Source of the DNA: Polyangia bacterium
GTDB taxonomy: Bacteria > Myxococcota_A > Polyangia > Fen-1088
Assembly: GCA_035549075.1 (NCBI GenBank)
Contig: DASZRT010000009.1
Coordinates: 136,296 to 200,295 of the forward strand
DNA: 64,000 nt
Reading direction: 5' to 3'
Made by a program: the position numbers and the translations under genes. Under the pieces are notes generated by a model. That model ran no database searches and was not told where the DNA came from. It saw only the letters and a list, made by a program, of their open reading frames with translations. Of this stretch, positions 42,461-55,886 are shown piece by piece; position 1 is the first letter of the stretch; every line of letters begins with the position of its first letter.

Positions 42461-43066
42461 TCAGTGTTCGGTCATGCAGGCGCGCAGGCTGGCCTTCGCG
42501 CGGTGAAGCAAGACGGCGACGTGTCCGGGCGCGAGGTTCAACGCGCGCGCGACGTCGTCGCCCGGCCGCTCGTCGAGCATGCGCAGCGTGACGACCGCGC
42601 GCTGAACCTCGGCCAGCCGCCCCACGCAACGCGCGAGCCGCCCGCGATCCTCGGCGTCTTCGATGCGCGCGTCCGCGGCGGGAGCGCCGTCGGCGATCGC
42701 GCCCACCGTCGCGTCGTCCGACACGTGCGGCCGCGCCACCGCATGCAGCCGCCGCGCGTTCCGCGCCACGTTCCGCACGAGCGCGACCAGCGTCGGTCCC
42801 GCCCAATCCGTGGGCGCGAGCGCCCGCGCGCGCGGCAAGATCACGAACGCCGCGAACGCCTCTTGCGCCGCATCGAACGCGTCCTCGGGCGCGAGCCCCT
42901 CGCGCCGCGCGACCGCGACCAGGTCACTGCGGTGCTCGTGCACGAGCTGCGTCACCCACCCCGAGAAGTCCGCCTCGGCCGGCGTCCGCGCCTCTTCGCA
43001 CGGGCACGGTTCGCTGGCCGTTCGTGCGGTCGTCTCCGGTGCGATGGTCGGCGCGTCGGTGTTCAC
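42461..43066 (-). CDS. ECF-type RNA polymerase sigma-70 family factor
   Basis: Region 2 (LVALVRNVARN) and region 4 HTH (DDVARALNLAPGHVAVLLHRAKASLR). 201 aa. Confidence 0.75.
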   Translation of the reverse strand: MNTDAPTIAPETTARTASEPCPCEEARTPAEADFSGWVTQLVHEHRSDLVAVARREGLAPEDAFDAAQEAFAAFVILPRARALAPTDWAGPTLVALVRNVARNARRLHAVARPHVSDDATVGAIADGAPAADARIEDAEDRGRLARCVGRLAEVQRAVVTLRMLDERPGDDVARALNLAPGHVAVLLHRAKASLRACMTEH

Positions 43067-43164
43067 GGTGTTCCTCTGATGCCCAGCCCGCGCCCCGCGT
43101 TACCGCGGCCGCGCCGGCCTCATGGAGAAAGGTGTCGACCCGCGCCGAAATTACAGCCCGAAGG

Positions 43165-43737
43165 TCATTCGTCCGGATCGGCCCGCTGCGGGACCGAGGG
43201 CGCGGCGGGTAGCGCCGGCTTGGCCGGGGCAGGCGCGGGCGCGGCGGGGGTCGTCGGCGGCGGCGCGGGCTCGATCCCGAACGGCGGCGGCAACGAACGC
43301 GGGGCCGAAGGCGGCACCACGGGCGGCGGCGCCACCGGCCCGCGCGGCCGCGGCGTCCTCGCCGGCTCGTCGTCGTCGTCATCAAAGCCTCGTTCGTGAT
43401 ACCTGCGGCACTCGCCCGTCGCGCTGATCCCGTAGATCATCGACCCACCATAGAGACCAACGAACGCGAGGCCGAGCGTGATGTCGGCGGGACGGCTGAG
43501 TGCGCTGTTCCGGTATGCGGAGTCCGGCGCCGCGAAGGCGTAGATCGTCCGCAAGACCTCGAGCGCCGTGACGATCCCGTCGACGACGGGCGCGAACTGC
43601 GAATCGGTGCACCCCTCGTTCGGCGTCAGGTTGCCCTTCGTCGAATGGAGAGGCGTCACGAACAGCAGCGAGCACCCATTGCTGAACGTCGCGAGGCACG
43701 CAATCAACGCCGTGACCGAGGTGGATCTTTTAAGCAT
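43165..43737 (-). CDS. hypothetical lipoprotein (paralogue A) with Pro-rich C-terminal tail
   Basis: Lipobox SNGCS. Shares blocks C[TD][TS]..APIVDG, YG(I/A)SA.GEC and the terminal ...DP(D)E with the upstream gene. Confidence 0.55.
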   Translation of the reverse strand: MLKRSTSVTALIACLATFSNGCSLLFVTPLHSTKGNLTPNEGCTDSQFAPVVDGIVTALEVLRTIYAFAAPDSAYRNSALSRPADITLGLAFVGLYGGSMIYGISATGECRRYHERGFDDDDDEPARTPRPRGPVAPPPVVPPSAPRSLPPPFGIEPAPPPTTPAAPAPAPAKPALPAAPSVPQRADPDE

Positions 43738-43740
43738 GAA

Positions 43741-44274
43741 TCACTCCGGATCGATTTGCTGTGGCACCGCCGGCTCAGACGGCTGCGTGGTGAGCGCGTC
43801 CGAAGCGCCTCCATCGACGGAGGGCGCTGGAACGATGAGCGGGGCCGGTGGCATGATCGGCGACGGGGGCAGCGGTACCACCGGAGGAAGCGATTGTTGT
43901 CCCTGGATCGTTCGCGATGGCGCCGTCCGGTACTGGTGCCGTGTATGCCCCGGACCGTCATTCAGGTCGGTGCATTCCGAAGCCGCGCGCGCCCCATAAA
44001 TCGCCGACCCGATGAAGATGCCCGCCCAGGCCAAGCTCGCCCCTCCGATAGCTTGCTTCTGAGGGTTGGATGATGCGGAGTTCACGGCGCCGCCCACGAG
44101 ATCGAGCGTGCCGAACAAGCCGTCGACGATCGGCGCGGCCGGCGATGTCGTGCAGTCGTGGTTAGGTCGTCCGTCCGACGTCCGCGGTCCCGTCCTGAAC
44201 AACCACGAGCACCCGATCTTGCCAGCGACCGCGAGGACACCAACGATCGCCGCAACCGCCTCCGTGACGCCCAC
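43741..44274 (-). CDS. hypothetical lipoprotein (paralogue B) with Pro-rich C-terminal tail
   Basis: Lipobox KIGCS. Clearly paralogous to 43165-43737. Stop 4 nt from the next start. Confidence 0.55.
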   Translation of the reverse strand: MGVTEAVAAIVGVLAVAGKIGCSWLFRTGPRTSDGRPNHDCTTSPAAPIVDGLFGTLDLVGGAVNSASSNPQKQAIGGASLAWAGIFIGSAIYGARAASECTDLNDGPGHTRHQYRTAPSRTIQGQQSLPPVVPLPPSPIMPPAPLIVPAPSVDGGASDALTTQPSEPAVPQQIDPE

Positions 44275-44414
44275 ATGGGCCCAAGATCACGCCCGACTCA
44301 CGCCGTAAACACAAGCGACAGGGTGACGAAAGTCCGCGTTTGATGTTTACGTCGACGGCTTCCGCCCTCCTCAGTCGAGCGCGCCTAGCATCACGACGAT
44401 ACTATCGCGTGATG

Positions 44415-47975
<3,561 letters not shown>

Positions 47976-48137
47976 CGTGCGCGGGCGTGGTTATACCTCC
48001 CGGGCCTGTGGAAACACGGGGGATCGGCCAACCTCGCGCGTTCGCAGGCGAGCGGCCGCGGCGCCCCCGGACTGTCCACAGGCTTTCCACAGGCGAGCGC
48101 GGTCCTGTGTGCGTGGTCGAGGTAGACTCGGGCCCCT

Positions 48138-49898
48138 ATGCGGTCTTTCGTTAGCTTGGTGGCGCTGGGCGCGCTGCTCGCCGGGTGCGGCGGCGGGCCC
48201 GAGACGGTGCCGGCGCCGACGACGCCGCGCACGCTGCAGGCGATGCCCGAGACGGTGTGGGTGCAGCCGGGGCAAGCGGGCAGCGTGGCGTTCCTCGTGC
48301 TCGGCCCCACGAACGCGCCGCTGCCGGGCGCGCCGGTCTCGTTTTCGATCGAGGACGATCCGGCGACGGCGGGCACCGAGGCGCAGGGCGCGACGCTGGC
48401 GGCGACGACGACGAGCGCCGACGCCTCGGGCGTCGCGACGGCGCACCTGACGGCCGGCTTGCCCACGGTGTTTCGCGTGCGCGCGACGACGGCGGACGCG
48501 GTGGCCGAGGTCGTCGTCATCGTCGCGGCGGGGTTGGTCAGCAGCGTCGACGTCGCGCCGTTCTTCGCGGCGCCCGCGCGCGCGGCGGCCGTCGCGACGA
48601 CGATCCAGATCTTGTTCTTCGACAACGGCAGCTGCGGGGCGATCTCGGCGCGCCACCCGCCGCAGCCCGCGCGCACGATGCGGTCGCTGCCGGCGGCCAG
48701 CGCCGTGTCTCGCTTTCAGTACGTGAGCACGGCCGTCGGCAACGCCATCGTCGGGCGCGCGATCGACGCGCGCGGCGCCGTCGTCGCGCTCGGGTGCGTC
48801 GACCTGCCTGGGCCGACGCTGGTCGCGGGCGTCAACGTCGAGGTCGCGCTGCCGCTCGACGACGCGGGCCCCGATCCCACGGGCACGTTCTCGGCGACGA
48901 CGTCGCTGGCCGTGACGCCGGCGATCCCGGCCGCCGACGCCATCGCCGCCGCGTGGCGCGACCTCACCGACTGCCCGCTCGATCCGGCGCAGCGCTGGCT
49001 CGACGTCACGAGCGACGCGCTCGGGTCGACGAGCGACGTCGGCGCGGCGCTCGCGGCTTTGCGGGGCGCATTCATCACGGGGCCCGACGGATCGGCGACG
49101 GCTTGCCGGGGACCGCGCACGGCGAGCGACGAGGTCAGCGCCGACGCGGTGGCGCTGGGGTTGTTCGGAACGCCGACACCGCAGCCGATCTTGTCGCTCG
49201 AGGCGGCGGCGGACGACGCGGCTCACTTGTTCGATGCGCTGCAGGTGCGCTCGACGCTGGTCGTGCGTGCGGGCGCGACGGAAGGCGCGCTCGACGTCAC
49301 GCACACGCTGGACACGGTCGTGTTCCAGCGCGGCGATCGCACGTCGGAGGTCGCGCTCGAGCCGCTGGGGTTGCCCGAGCTCGTGACGACGATGAACGCG
49401 ACGGTGCGCGAGCCGGGCACGCTCGTGCTGCCCGAGCGCGGCTTCACGCTGCGCCTCGGGACGGCGGCGCGCAACGGCTTCGGCGCGCTGGCCCTCGTGC
49501 CGCGCGGCTTACCGGGCGACGCGCCCAACGTCGTCGCGGCGCTCGCGGGCCTCGCGCAGGACGAGACGGGCGCGACCCATGGCTGCGACGCGCTCGACGG
49601 CGCGCTGTGCCCGCGCCTCGGGAAAGCGGCGGGGTGTTTGGCGGCGGCGTGCGACCAGGGCTTGGACGCGCTCGCGAAGCGCCTCGACGCCTCGTTCACG
49701 ACGGCCGACGGCGACGGTTACGATTTGTATCTCGCGGGCGCGGCGCCGCTGCTCGACACGCACGGCAACGGGTTGGCGGATCGGCTCGGGGATTTGCAGC
49801 TCGCGGGGCAGGCGGGAGCTTGGACGGTGGAGCTGCGGCCGCGGTCGGGGCAGCGGGCGTTGAGCGCGAGCTGGGAAGCGATCCGCGTCGGGAACTGA
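48138..49898 (+). CDS. hypothetical lipoprotein (586 aa)
   Basis: Lipobox LLAGCGG. Ala/Thr-rich. No motif. Confidence 0.55.
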   Translation: MRSFVSLVALGALLAGCGGGPETVPAPTTPRTLQAMPETVWVQPGQAGSVAFLVLGPTNAPLPGAPVSFSIEDDPATAGTEAQGATLAATTTSADASGVATAHLTAGLPTVFRVRATTADAVAEVVVIVAAGLVSSVDVAPFFAAPARAAAVATTIQILFFDNGSCGAISARHPPQPARTMRSLPAASAVSRFQYVSTAVGNAIVGRAIDARGAVVALGCVDLPGPTLVAGVNVEVALPLDDAGPDPTGTFSATTSLAVTPAIPAADAIAAAWRDLTDCPLDPAQRWLDVTSDALGSTSDVGAALAALRGAFITGPDGSATACRGPRTASDEVSADAVALGLFGTPTPQPILSLEAAADDAAHLFDALQVRSTLVVRAGATEGALDVTHTLDTVVFQRGDRTSEVALEPLGLPELVTTMNATVREPGTLVLPERGFTLRLGTAARNGFGALALVPRGLPGDAPNVVAALAGLAQDETGATHGCDALDGALCPRLGKAAGCLAAACDQGLDALAKRLDASFTTADGDGYDLYLAGAAPLLDTHGNGLADRLGDLQLAGQAGAWTVELRPRSGQRALSASWEAIRVGN

Positions 49899-49904
49899 GC
49901 GCGC

Positions 49905-50507
49905 CTAGAACACGCTGACGAGCGCCGCGTAGAGCTCGAAGCCGTTGCCGACGTCGACGTTGCCGACTCTGGGTTCGTAGAAGCCTTGGAACCGGCGCGC
50001 GGCGAGGCGCAGGCGCAGCTCTTTTCTCGCGGGCTCGAGCGACAAGGGCAGCTCGACGCGCGCGCCGGCGTGCAGGCCCGTGCGCGAGCCGGCCATGACG
50101 GTCGTGCCGTCGCGCTCGAGGCCGAGGCCCAGCTCGAAGGCGGCCGTGCGCAGCACGCGCACGCGGTAGCGCTGGTCGTCGTCGGGGAAGGTCCACTTGA
50201 AGGGTCGCATCACGCCCATCAGATCGAGCGCGAGGCGATCGACGGGCGTGTCGGGCGCCGCGAAGCGGCCTTGCGCCGACGACGCGAACACGGCGGCCTC
50301 GACGCCGACGGGCCACGTGTCGCCCACGCCGCCCGTCGCGAAGAACGCGGGGAGCACCTCGGTGCGCGCGGGCGACAGGCCGGCGGACTCGAACGTCGTG
50401 CCCATGCCGACGGCGACGACGAACGGCGGCCGCTCGGCGCGCGCCGCGAACGACGCGAGCGCGACGCACATGCCGACCGCGAGCGCGGCGACGCGAGGCG
50501 ACGACAC
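49905..50507 (-). CDS. probable outer-membrane beta-barrel protein (GTG start at 50507)
   Basis: Signal MSSPRVAALAVGMCVALASFAARA. Alternating strands. C-terminal F. Confidence 0.45.
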   Translation of the reverse strand: MSSPRVAALAVGMCVALASFAARAERPPFVVAVGMGTTFESAGLSPARTEVLPAFFATGGVGDTWPVGVEAAVFASSAQGRFAAPDTPVDRLALDLMGVMRPFKWTFPDDDQRYRVRVLRTAAFELGLGLERDGTTVMAGSRTGLHAGARVELPLSLEPARKELRLRLAARRFQGFYEPRVGNVDVGNGFELYAALVSVF

Positions 50508-50559
50508 GACGTCCTTGTAGCACGCAACGGCGCCGCCGGTTCGAGTATGCTCCCACCCC

Positions 50560-51579
50560 GTGGCTGACCCCGACGTTCCCACGGATTCGACGGCGGGCGC
50601 CGCCCCGGCGACGTCGGCCGTCGAGCGCGGCGTGTTCGATCTGCTGAAGGACGCCGCCGACCTCTACCGCAAGCACACCCGCGCGCTCATCCTCACGTGC
50701 GCCGTCGTCTTCTTGCCGGCCTCGATCTTGAAGTCGTGCGCCTACGCCGTCGTCACGGCGCCCACGCTCGCGGCCGCGTCGGCGGCGGGCGAGGCGATCG
50801 CGCCGCCCAACACCGACGAGCTGCAAAAGGTGCAGGCCGATCTGCAGGACGCCTACGCGCGCAACGCCGACAAGGCGACGATCGAGCGCCTGCAGGCCAA
50901 CCAGCAGCGGCTCCTCGTCGAGATGGGGCGCAAGAGCATGGCGGCCGCGTCGGCGGCGATGAGCGGGTTCACGTCTTTGATCCTCGGGTTGCTCGGCACG
51001 CTCATCACGACGTTCTTCGTCTACGGCATCGTCGTGCCGCTCACGAACGGCGCGCTCACGATCTTCGTGGCCGATCGGCAAGCGGGCGGCACCGTCGGTT
51101 GGCGCGAAGCGTGGGGGCTGCTGTTGCGCCGCCTCATTCCGTTGATCGCGACGGTGGTGCCCGCGGCGTGCCTCATCGCGTTCGGGTTCCTGTTCTTCGT
51201 GCTTCCGGGCTTCGTGCTCGGGCTCTTGTTCGCGTTCCTCGCGCCGGCCGTGCTGCTCGAGAACAAGCGCGGGCGCCTCGCCATGCAACGCAGCCTCGAG
51301 CTCGTGGGCGGCGACTGGCTGCGCGTCGCGCTCATGGTCGTCGCGCTGGGCGTCCTCAACTGGCTCGCGCAGATCGTCGTCGGCATCTTCGTGCCCCACC
51401 GCGCGCTGTTCCTGGGCGGCGTGCTGAGCGATCTGCTGACGCTCTTCTTCCTGCCGCTGCCCGTCACCGCGATGGTGTTGCTGTACCTCGACGTGCGGCG
51501 CAAGAAGGACGGCGTCACCGACGACGCGGCGTGGGTCGCGCGCCTGCGCGCCGAGCTCGACGCGCTCAAGGCCGCCTGA
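50560..51579 (+). CDS. hypothetical polytopic membrane protein
   Basis: 6-7 TM helices. Protein-like composition. Confidence 0.55.
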   Translation: MADPDVPTDSTAGAAPATSAVERGVFDLLKDAADLYRKHTRALILTCAVVFLPASILKSCAYAVVTAPTLAAASAAGEAIAPPNTDELQKVQADLQDAYARNADKATIERLQANQQRLLVEMGRKSMAAASAAMSGFTSLILGLLGTLITTFFVYGIVVPLTNGALTIFVADRQAGGTVGWREAWGLLLRRLIPLIATVVPAACLIAFGFLFFVLPGFVLGLLFAFLAPAVLLENKRGRLAMQRSLELVGGDWLRVALMVVALGVLNWLAQIVVGIFVPHRALFLGGVLSDLLTLFFLPLPVTAMVLLYLDVRRKKDGVTDDAAWVARLRAELDALKAA

Positions 51580-51583
51580 GGCC

Positions 51584-52378
51584 GTGCTCGACGGCAAGAC
51601 CGTCCTCGTCACGGGCGCGTCGGCGGGCATCGGCGCCGCCGTCGCGCGCGAGTGCGCGTTGCGCGGCGCGAACCTCGTGCTCGTCGCGCGCCGGCGCGAG
51701 CGGCTCGACGCGCTCGCGGCCGAGCTGGGCGCGCGCGTTCGCGTCCTCGCCGTCACGGGCGACGTCACGCGCGACGGCGACCTCGAGCGCGCCGTCGCCG
51801 AGGCCGAGGCCGCGTTCGGGACGCTCGACGTCGTCGTCGCCAACGCGGGCTTCGCCGTCACGGGCCGCTTCGAGAAGCTCGAGCTCGACGATTTTCGGCG
51901 CCAGTTCGAGACCAACGTCTTCGGCGTGCTGCGCACGGCGCGCGCGGCGGTGCCCGCGCTCGGGCGCACGCGCGGCCTCTTCGCCGTCATGGGCAGCGTC
52001 TCGGGCCACGTGCCCATGGCCGGCATCGGGCCCTACACCATGAGCAAGTTCGCCGTGCGCGCCTTCGCCGAGACGCTGCACGACGAGCTCGACGACACGG
52101 GCGTCGCCGTGACTTTGTTGTCGCCGGGCTTCGTCATGAGCGATCTCGGCCGCGTCGACAACCAAGGCCGGTGGCACGAGGAGGATCGCTCGCGCGCGCC
52201 GCGCTGGCTGCGCGTCGACACGGCGAAGGCCGCGCGGGACATCGTCGACGCGCTCGAACGGCGCCCGCGCGAGGCGATCATCACGGGCCACGGCCGCGCG
52301 CTCGTGCTCTTGCACCGCCACGCGCCGGCGCTCGCGCGCGCTCTCTATCGCGCGTTCGCGCCGCGACGGCGCGCGTGA
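51584..52378 (+). CDS. short-chain dehydrogenase/reductase (SDR family)
   Basis: TGASAGIGAA. NAG. YTMSKFAV (YxxxK). Confidence 0.8.
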   Translation: MLDGKTVLVTGASAGIGAAVARECALRGANLVLVARRRERLDALAAELGARVRVLAVTGDVTRDGDLERAVAEAEAAFGTLDVVVANAGFAVTGRFEKLELDDFRRQFETNVFGVLRTARAAVPALGRTRGLFAVMGSVSGHVPMAGIGPYTMSKFAVRAFAETLHDELDDTGVAVTLLSPGFVMSDLGRVDNQGRWHEEDRSRAPRWLRVDTAKAARDIVDALERRPREAIITGHGRALVLLHRHAPALARALYRAFAPRRRA

Positions 52379-52381
52379 TCG

Positions 52382-54004
52382 TCACTGCCCGCAGCGATCG
52401 GGATCGGTGCAGACGTTCCACGCGGGCACCGTCGTGGCCCAGCTCGTGACGACGTCCTCGCCGCGCATCGTGACGCCGAACTGTCCCGCGAGGTGGTGGG
52501 CGCAGACGACGTCCGTCGGCGCGCACGGCGGCAGCTCGACCTCGCCGACCTCGTAGCCGCCGCCCGCGGGCGAGAACAGCGTGTCGTCGACGCGAGCGTC
52601 GTCGAGGAACACGGGCTGCCCCGTCTTGCGCACGACGGCCAGCGCCGAGTCGTACGTCGGCAACACCGAGAACCACAGGTCGTCGAGCAGCAGATCGGTC
52701 GGCACGGCCGACGACAGCGTCGCTTCGCAGTCCATGCCCTGCATCATCTCGATGGGCGCCGAGGCCGACACCGAGAAGCTGACGTTGGCGGGCACGAAGA
52801 GGCGCAGCGGCTCGCCCGCGTCGAGCGTGCGCGCCGAGAACGGCCCCGTGACGCCCGAGGCCGGCGTGAACGTCACCTGCGTGCCGGGCTGGTCGGCGAC
52901 GACGCGCCAGATCGACGACGGCCCCGCGTCGTAGAACGAGTCGCACAGCCCCTCGCGCGGCGGCAGCGCGGCGGCGACGAACGTGCGCGCCCACGCCGAG
53001 ACCGGCAGCAGCTGCTCGTGGGCGAGGTCGGCCGAGTTGATGCCGAGGCTCGACTGTCCGTACGTCGTCGAGATGTTGCCCGAGAACACGGCGATGCCCT
53101 TGTCGGCGACGATCTCGGCGCCCGTGAGATCGTCGCCGTCCATCGCCGTGTAGATCTCCTCGAAGTCGCCGTCGTCGAGCGTGAATTTGAACGCGCCGTT
53201 CGGACCCGCCGCGGGCAGCCCGCCGGAGAACGTCACCGTCGCGGGCGGCGTCAGCGTCACCGTCGTGTGGTCTTGCGTCGCGACGATCGCCAGCTGCGCG
53301 GCACCCGCGCGCGAGCCGTCGGTCGCGCCCACGGCCGGCGTCGCGATCTGGGGGTAGGCGATCGCGCGGTAACGACGGCCGAGCACGTGCTCGGGCAACA
53401 ACATCGTCGCGCCCGAGCTGCGCGACGTGACGGCTCCCGTGTCGTCGCTCTGCACGTGCATCGCCGTCACGGGCTGATCGCTCACGAGGCGCAGCGCCAG
53501 CTGAGCCGCCGTGCCCATCGTCTCGAAGATCGCCGCTGGCATTTGCAGGCGGGCCGCGTGCATCGGCGGCACGACGGCCTTCGCGACCTCGACCCACTGG
53601 CCGCCCGAGCGGCCCTGCAGCGTCGCGTTCGCCGACGTCTGGCCCGGGTTCGTCACGATCACGCTCGACGGCAGCATCTCGTCGCTCGTGACGTTCTCGA
53701 GGTGCAGCGTATAGAAGGTGCAGCCGAGCACGCCCGCCTGATCGAGCTCGGCCGCCGCGCACGCGGCCGACGTGCAGCGCCCGCGGCTGCACGCGAGCTC
53801 GGGCGCGCACCGCTCGATGACCTCGGCGAGCTTGCCGTCGCGGCACGCGTGCACGCTCGTGTCGTCACACGCGGTCGGCGTCGCGCACAGCCGCGGAGAC
53901 GTGTCGGGCAGCGGGCCGCCGTCGGCGATCGCGGCGTCGGGCCCCGAGTGACACGCGGGCAACACGAGCGCGAGCGCGAGCGCCACGGACGTGGCCCGCG
54001 ACAC
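52382..54004 (-). CDS. hypothetical Cys-containing lipoprotein (540 aa)
   Basis: GTG start gives MSRATSVALALALVLPAC (lipobox). The ORF upstream to 54130 is Arg-rich junk. Confidence 0.55.
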   Translation of the reverse strand: MSRATSVALALALVLPACHSGPDAAIADGGPLPDTSPRLCATPTACDDTSVHACRDGKLAEVIERCAPELACSRGRCTSAACAAAELDQAGVLGCTFYTLHLENVTSDEMLPSSVIVTNPGQTSANATLQGRSGGQWVEVAKAVVPPMHAARLQMPAAIFETMGTAAQLALRLVSDQPVTAMHVQSDDTGAVTSRSSGATMLLPEHVLGRRYRAIAYPQIATPAVGATDGSRAGAAQLAIVATQDHTTVTLTPPATVTFSGGLPAAGPNGAFKFTLDDGDFEEIYTAMDGDDLTGAEIVADKGIAVFSGNISTTYGQSSLGINSADLAHEQLLPVSAWARTFVAAALPPREGLCDSFYDAGPSSIWRVVADQPGTQVTFTPASGVTGPFSARTLDAGEPLRLFVPANVSFSVSASAPIEMMQGMDCEATLSSAVPTDLLLDDLWFSVLPTYDSALAVVRKTGQPVFLDDARVDDTLFSPAGGGYEVGEVELPPCAPTDVVCAHHLAGQFGVTMRGEDVVTSWATTVPAWNVCTDPDRCGQ

Positions 54005-54261
54005 ACACGTGGCGTCGGCGCGAGACGCACGTTGCGCCACATGTAAGCGTGCGCGCGGCGTTCGTTGCGCCACGGAGCACGATCGGCGTTGCGCCACACG
54101 CGCCCTGGCCGTTGCGTCACATACGCGCATTCAGAATCGTCTTCCGTCGTCGACGATCGCATTTTCTCGACGGGGAAAATCGAAAAAAAGCGCGCGAAAA
54201 TCAGCCAAAAGAAACACGGACGCGTCTTGCCAACCTCGATTCGAAGGGGCTACGCTGCCGT

Positions 54262-55104
54262 GTGTTGCGACGCGCGTCCCTCGTCCGCGCTTTGGCCTTC
54301 GGGGCTTTGGCCTTCGGGGCCTTGGCCTTCGGGCTCGGCAACGGGAGCTTGGCCACGGCGGCCCCCGCGACGGCGAAGGGTCCATCCAACCCGTTCGACG
54401 ACAACGCGGACGACGACGACTCGACCGAGCCGCCGCCCGCGACCGACGCCAACGCCCGCGAAGCCAGCGATGACGACAGCGGCGCGAGCGACGATGAAGA
54501 TGAAGGCCCGGGCCCCGAGTCGTCGCTGCACGCGCTGACGTGCCTCGAGGGCGACGCGACGGGCGGGCGCCGCAAGGGCGTGCAGAAGCGCGACTTCCTC
54601 AAGCGCCACCGCGTCGAGCTGTCGGGCGTCGGCGGCTGGTACGCGTCGGACGCGCTGTCGTCGACGTACGCCTACGGCGGCGCGCTCGCGTTCTACCCGT
54701 CGGAGGACTTCGGCGTCGAGCTGCTCGTCACGCGCTCGCCCGTGCAGTTCCGCCTGGAAGAGCCGTTCAACGGCTTCACGGCCGAGCAACACTTCGTGCC
54801 CAGCGTCGCGTGGCAAGGCATCGCGTCGATGCTGTGGTCGCCCATTCACGCGAAGTTCAAGTTCACCGAGGACACGATCGTTCACGGCGACGTGTTCGCC
54901 GTCGCGGGCGCGGGCCGCACGTTTCACGAATCGGTCCAGGGCCTCACGTGGGAGGCGGGCGTCGGCCTCAAGCTCTACCTGTCGAAGTACGTCACGTTCC
55001 GCTTCGACGTGCGCGACTTCCTGTTGCCGCAAGAGGTGCTGGGCCGTGGCCGCATCACCAACAACGTCACGGCGCTGGGAGGGCTGTCGTTTTGGTCGCC
55101 GTGA
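54262..55104 (+). CDS. outer-membrane beta-barrel protein, paralogue 1 (GltA/GltB-like)
   Basis: Signal with (ALAFG)3. Acidic linker. Beta-barrel with FRFDVRD block. Confidence 0.55.
   Translation: MLRRASLVRALAFGALAFGALAFGLGNGSLATAAPATAKGPSNPFDDNADDDDSTEPPPATDANAREASDDDSGASDDEDEGPGPESSLHALTCLEGDATGGRRKGVQKRDFLKRHRVELSGVGGWYASDALSSTYAYGGALAFYPSEDFGVELLVTRSPVQFRLEEPFNGFTAEQHFVPSVAWQGIASMLWSPIHAKFKFTEDTIVHGDVFAVAGAGRTFHESVQGLTWEAGVGLKLYLSKYVTFRFDVRDFLLPQEVLGRGRITNNVTALGGLSFWSP
54289..54333. repeat. 15-bp tandem repeat x3 (gctttggccttcggg) encoding (ALAFG)3 in a signal peptide
   Basis: Seen directly in sequence. Confidence 0.7.
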
Positions 55105-55883
55105 AAACCAGGATCGCGCTCGCAATCGTCATGCTGCTGATCGGCAGCCGAGCCGCGCGCGCCGCCGAACACAACGAGCCCGAGCGCAGTCCGGCTCCGC
55201 CGGACGAAGCGAGCGCCGGGGGTTCGGGACCCTCTCAGGGTCCCGACGACAACGAAGCGAGCGACGTCGCGGGACCCTCTGAGGGTCACGGCGACGCTTG
55301 TATCGACGAGAACATCAAGGCGGACCTGTTCGCGAAGCGGCGCATCCGCACGACGCGCGATCGCTTGTTCCAACAGAGCAACCGTCACGAGCTCACCGTG
55401 CTCGGCGGCTACTACATCTCCGATCTCTTCGACGGGACGGTCATGGCCGGCGGCGCGTACACGTACCACATGACCGAAGACCTCGCGGTCGAGGCGTCGG
55501 GCAGCTGGACGCGCATCACCTCGTCGGGCGGTCCCGAGCTCGAGCGCACGTTCCAGGTGCTGCAGGGCAAGCCGCGACGCCAGCTGGGCTTCGACACCGA
55601 TCTCGTCTGGGTGCCCGCGCACGCGAAGATGCGCCTCGGCGGCGCCATCACGCACCTCGATCTCTACCTCGCGCTGGGCGGTGGCGTCGTCGACTCGGTG
55701 CTGTCGAGCGACCTCGCCGGCAACGGCGGCATCGGCATGAAGTTCTTTCTCGGGCACGCCTGGGCGATTCGCTTCGACGTGCGCGACCACGTGTTCCGCG
55801 AGCAGCTGCTGGCCGAGAAGGTCTACGTCAACGACGTGACGACGACGCTCGGCGTGAGCCTCTACTTGCCCTTGGAGGAATGA
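55101..55883 (+). CDS. outer-membrane beta-barrel protein, paralogue 2
   Basis: GTG overlaps the upstream stop (GTGA). Signal IALAIVMLLIGSRAARAAE. Shared IRFDVRD block. Confidence 0.55.
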   Translation: MKTRIALAIVMLLIGSRAARAAEHNEPERSPAPPDEASAGGSGPSQGPDDNEASDVAGPSEGHGDACIDENIKADLFAKRRIRTTRDRLFQQSNRHELTVLGGYYISDLFDGTVMAGGAYTYHMTEDLAVEASGSWTRITSSGGPELERTFQVLQGKPRRQLGFDTDLVWVPAHAKMRLGGAITHLDLYLALGGGVVDSVLSSDLAGNGGIGMKFFLGHAWAIRFDVRDHVFREQLLAEKVYVNDVTTTLGVSLYLPLEE

Positions 55884-55886
55884 GGA

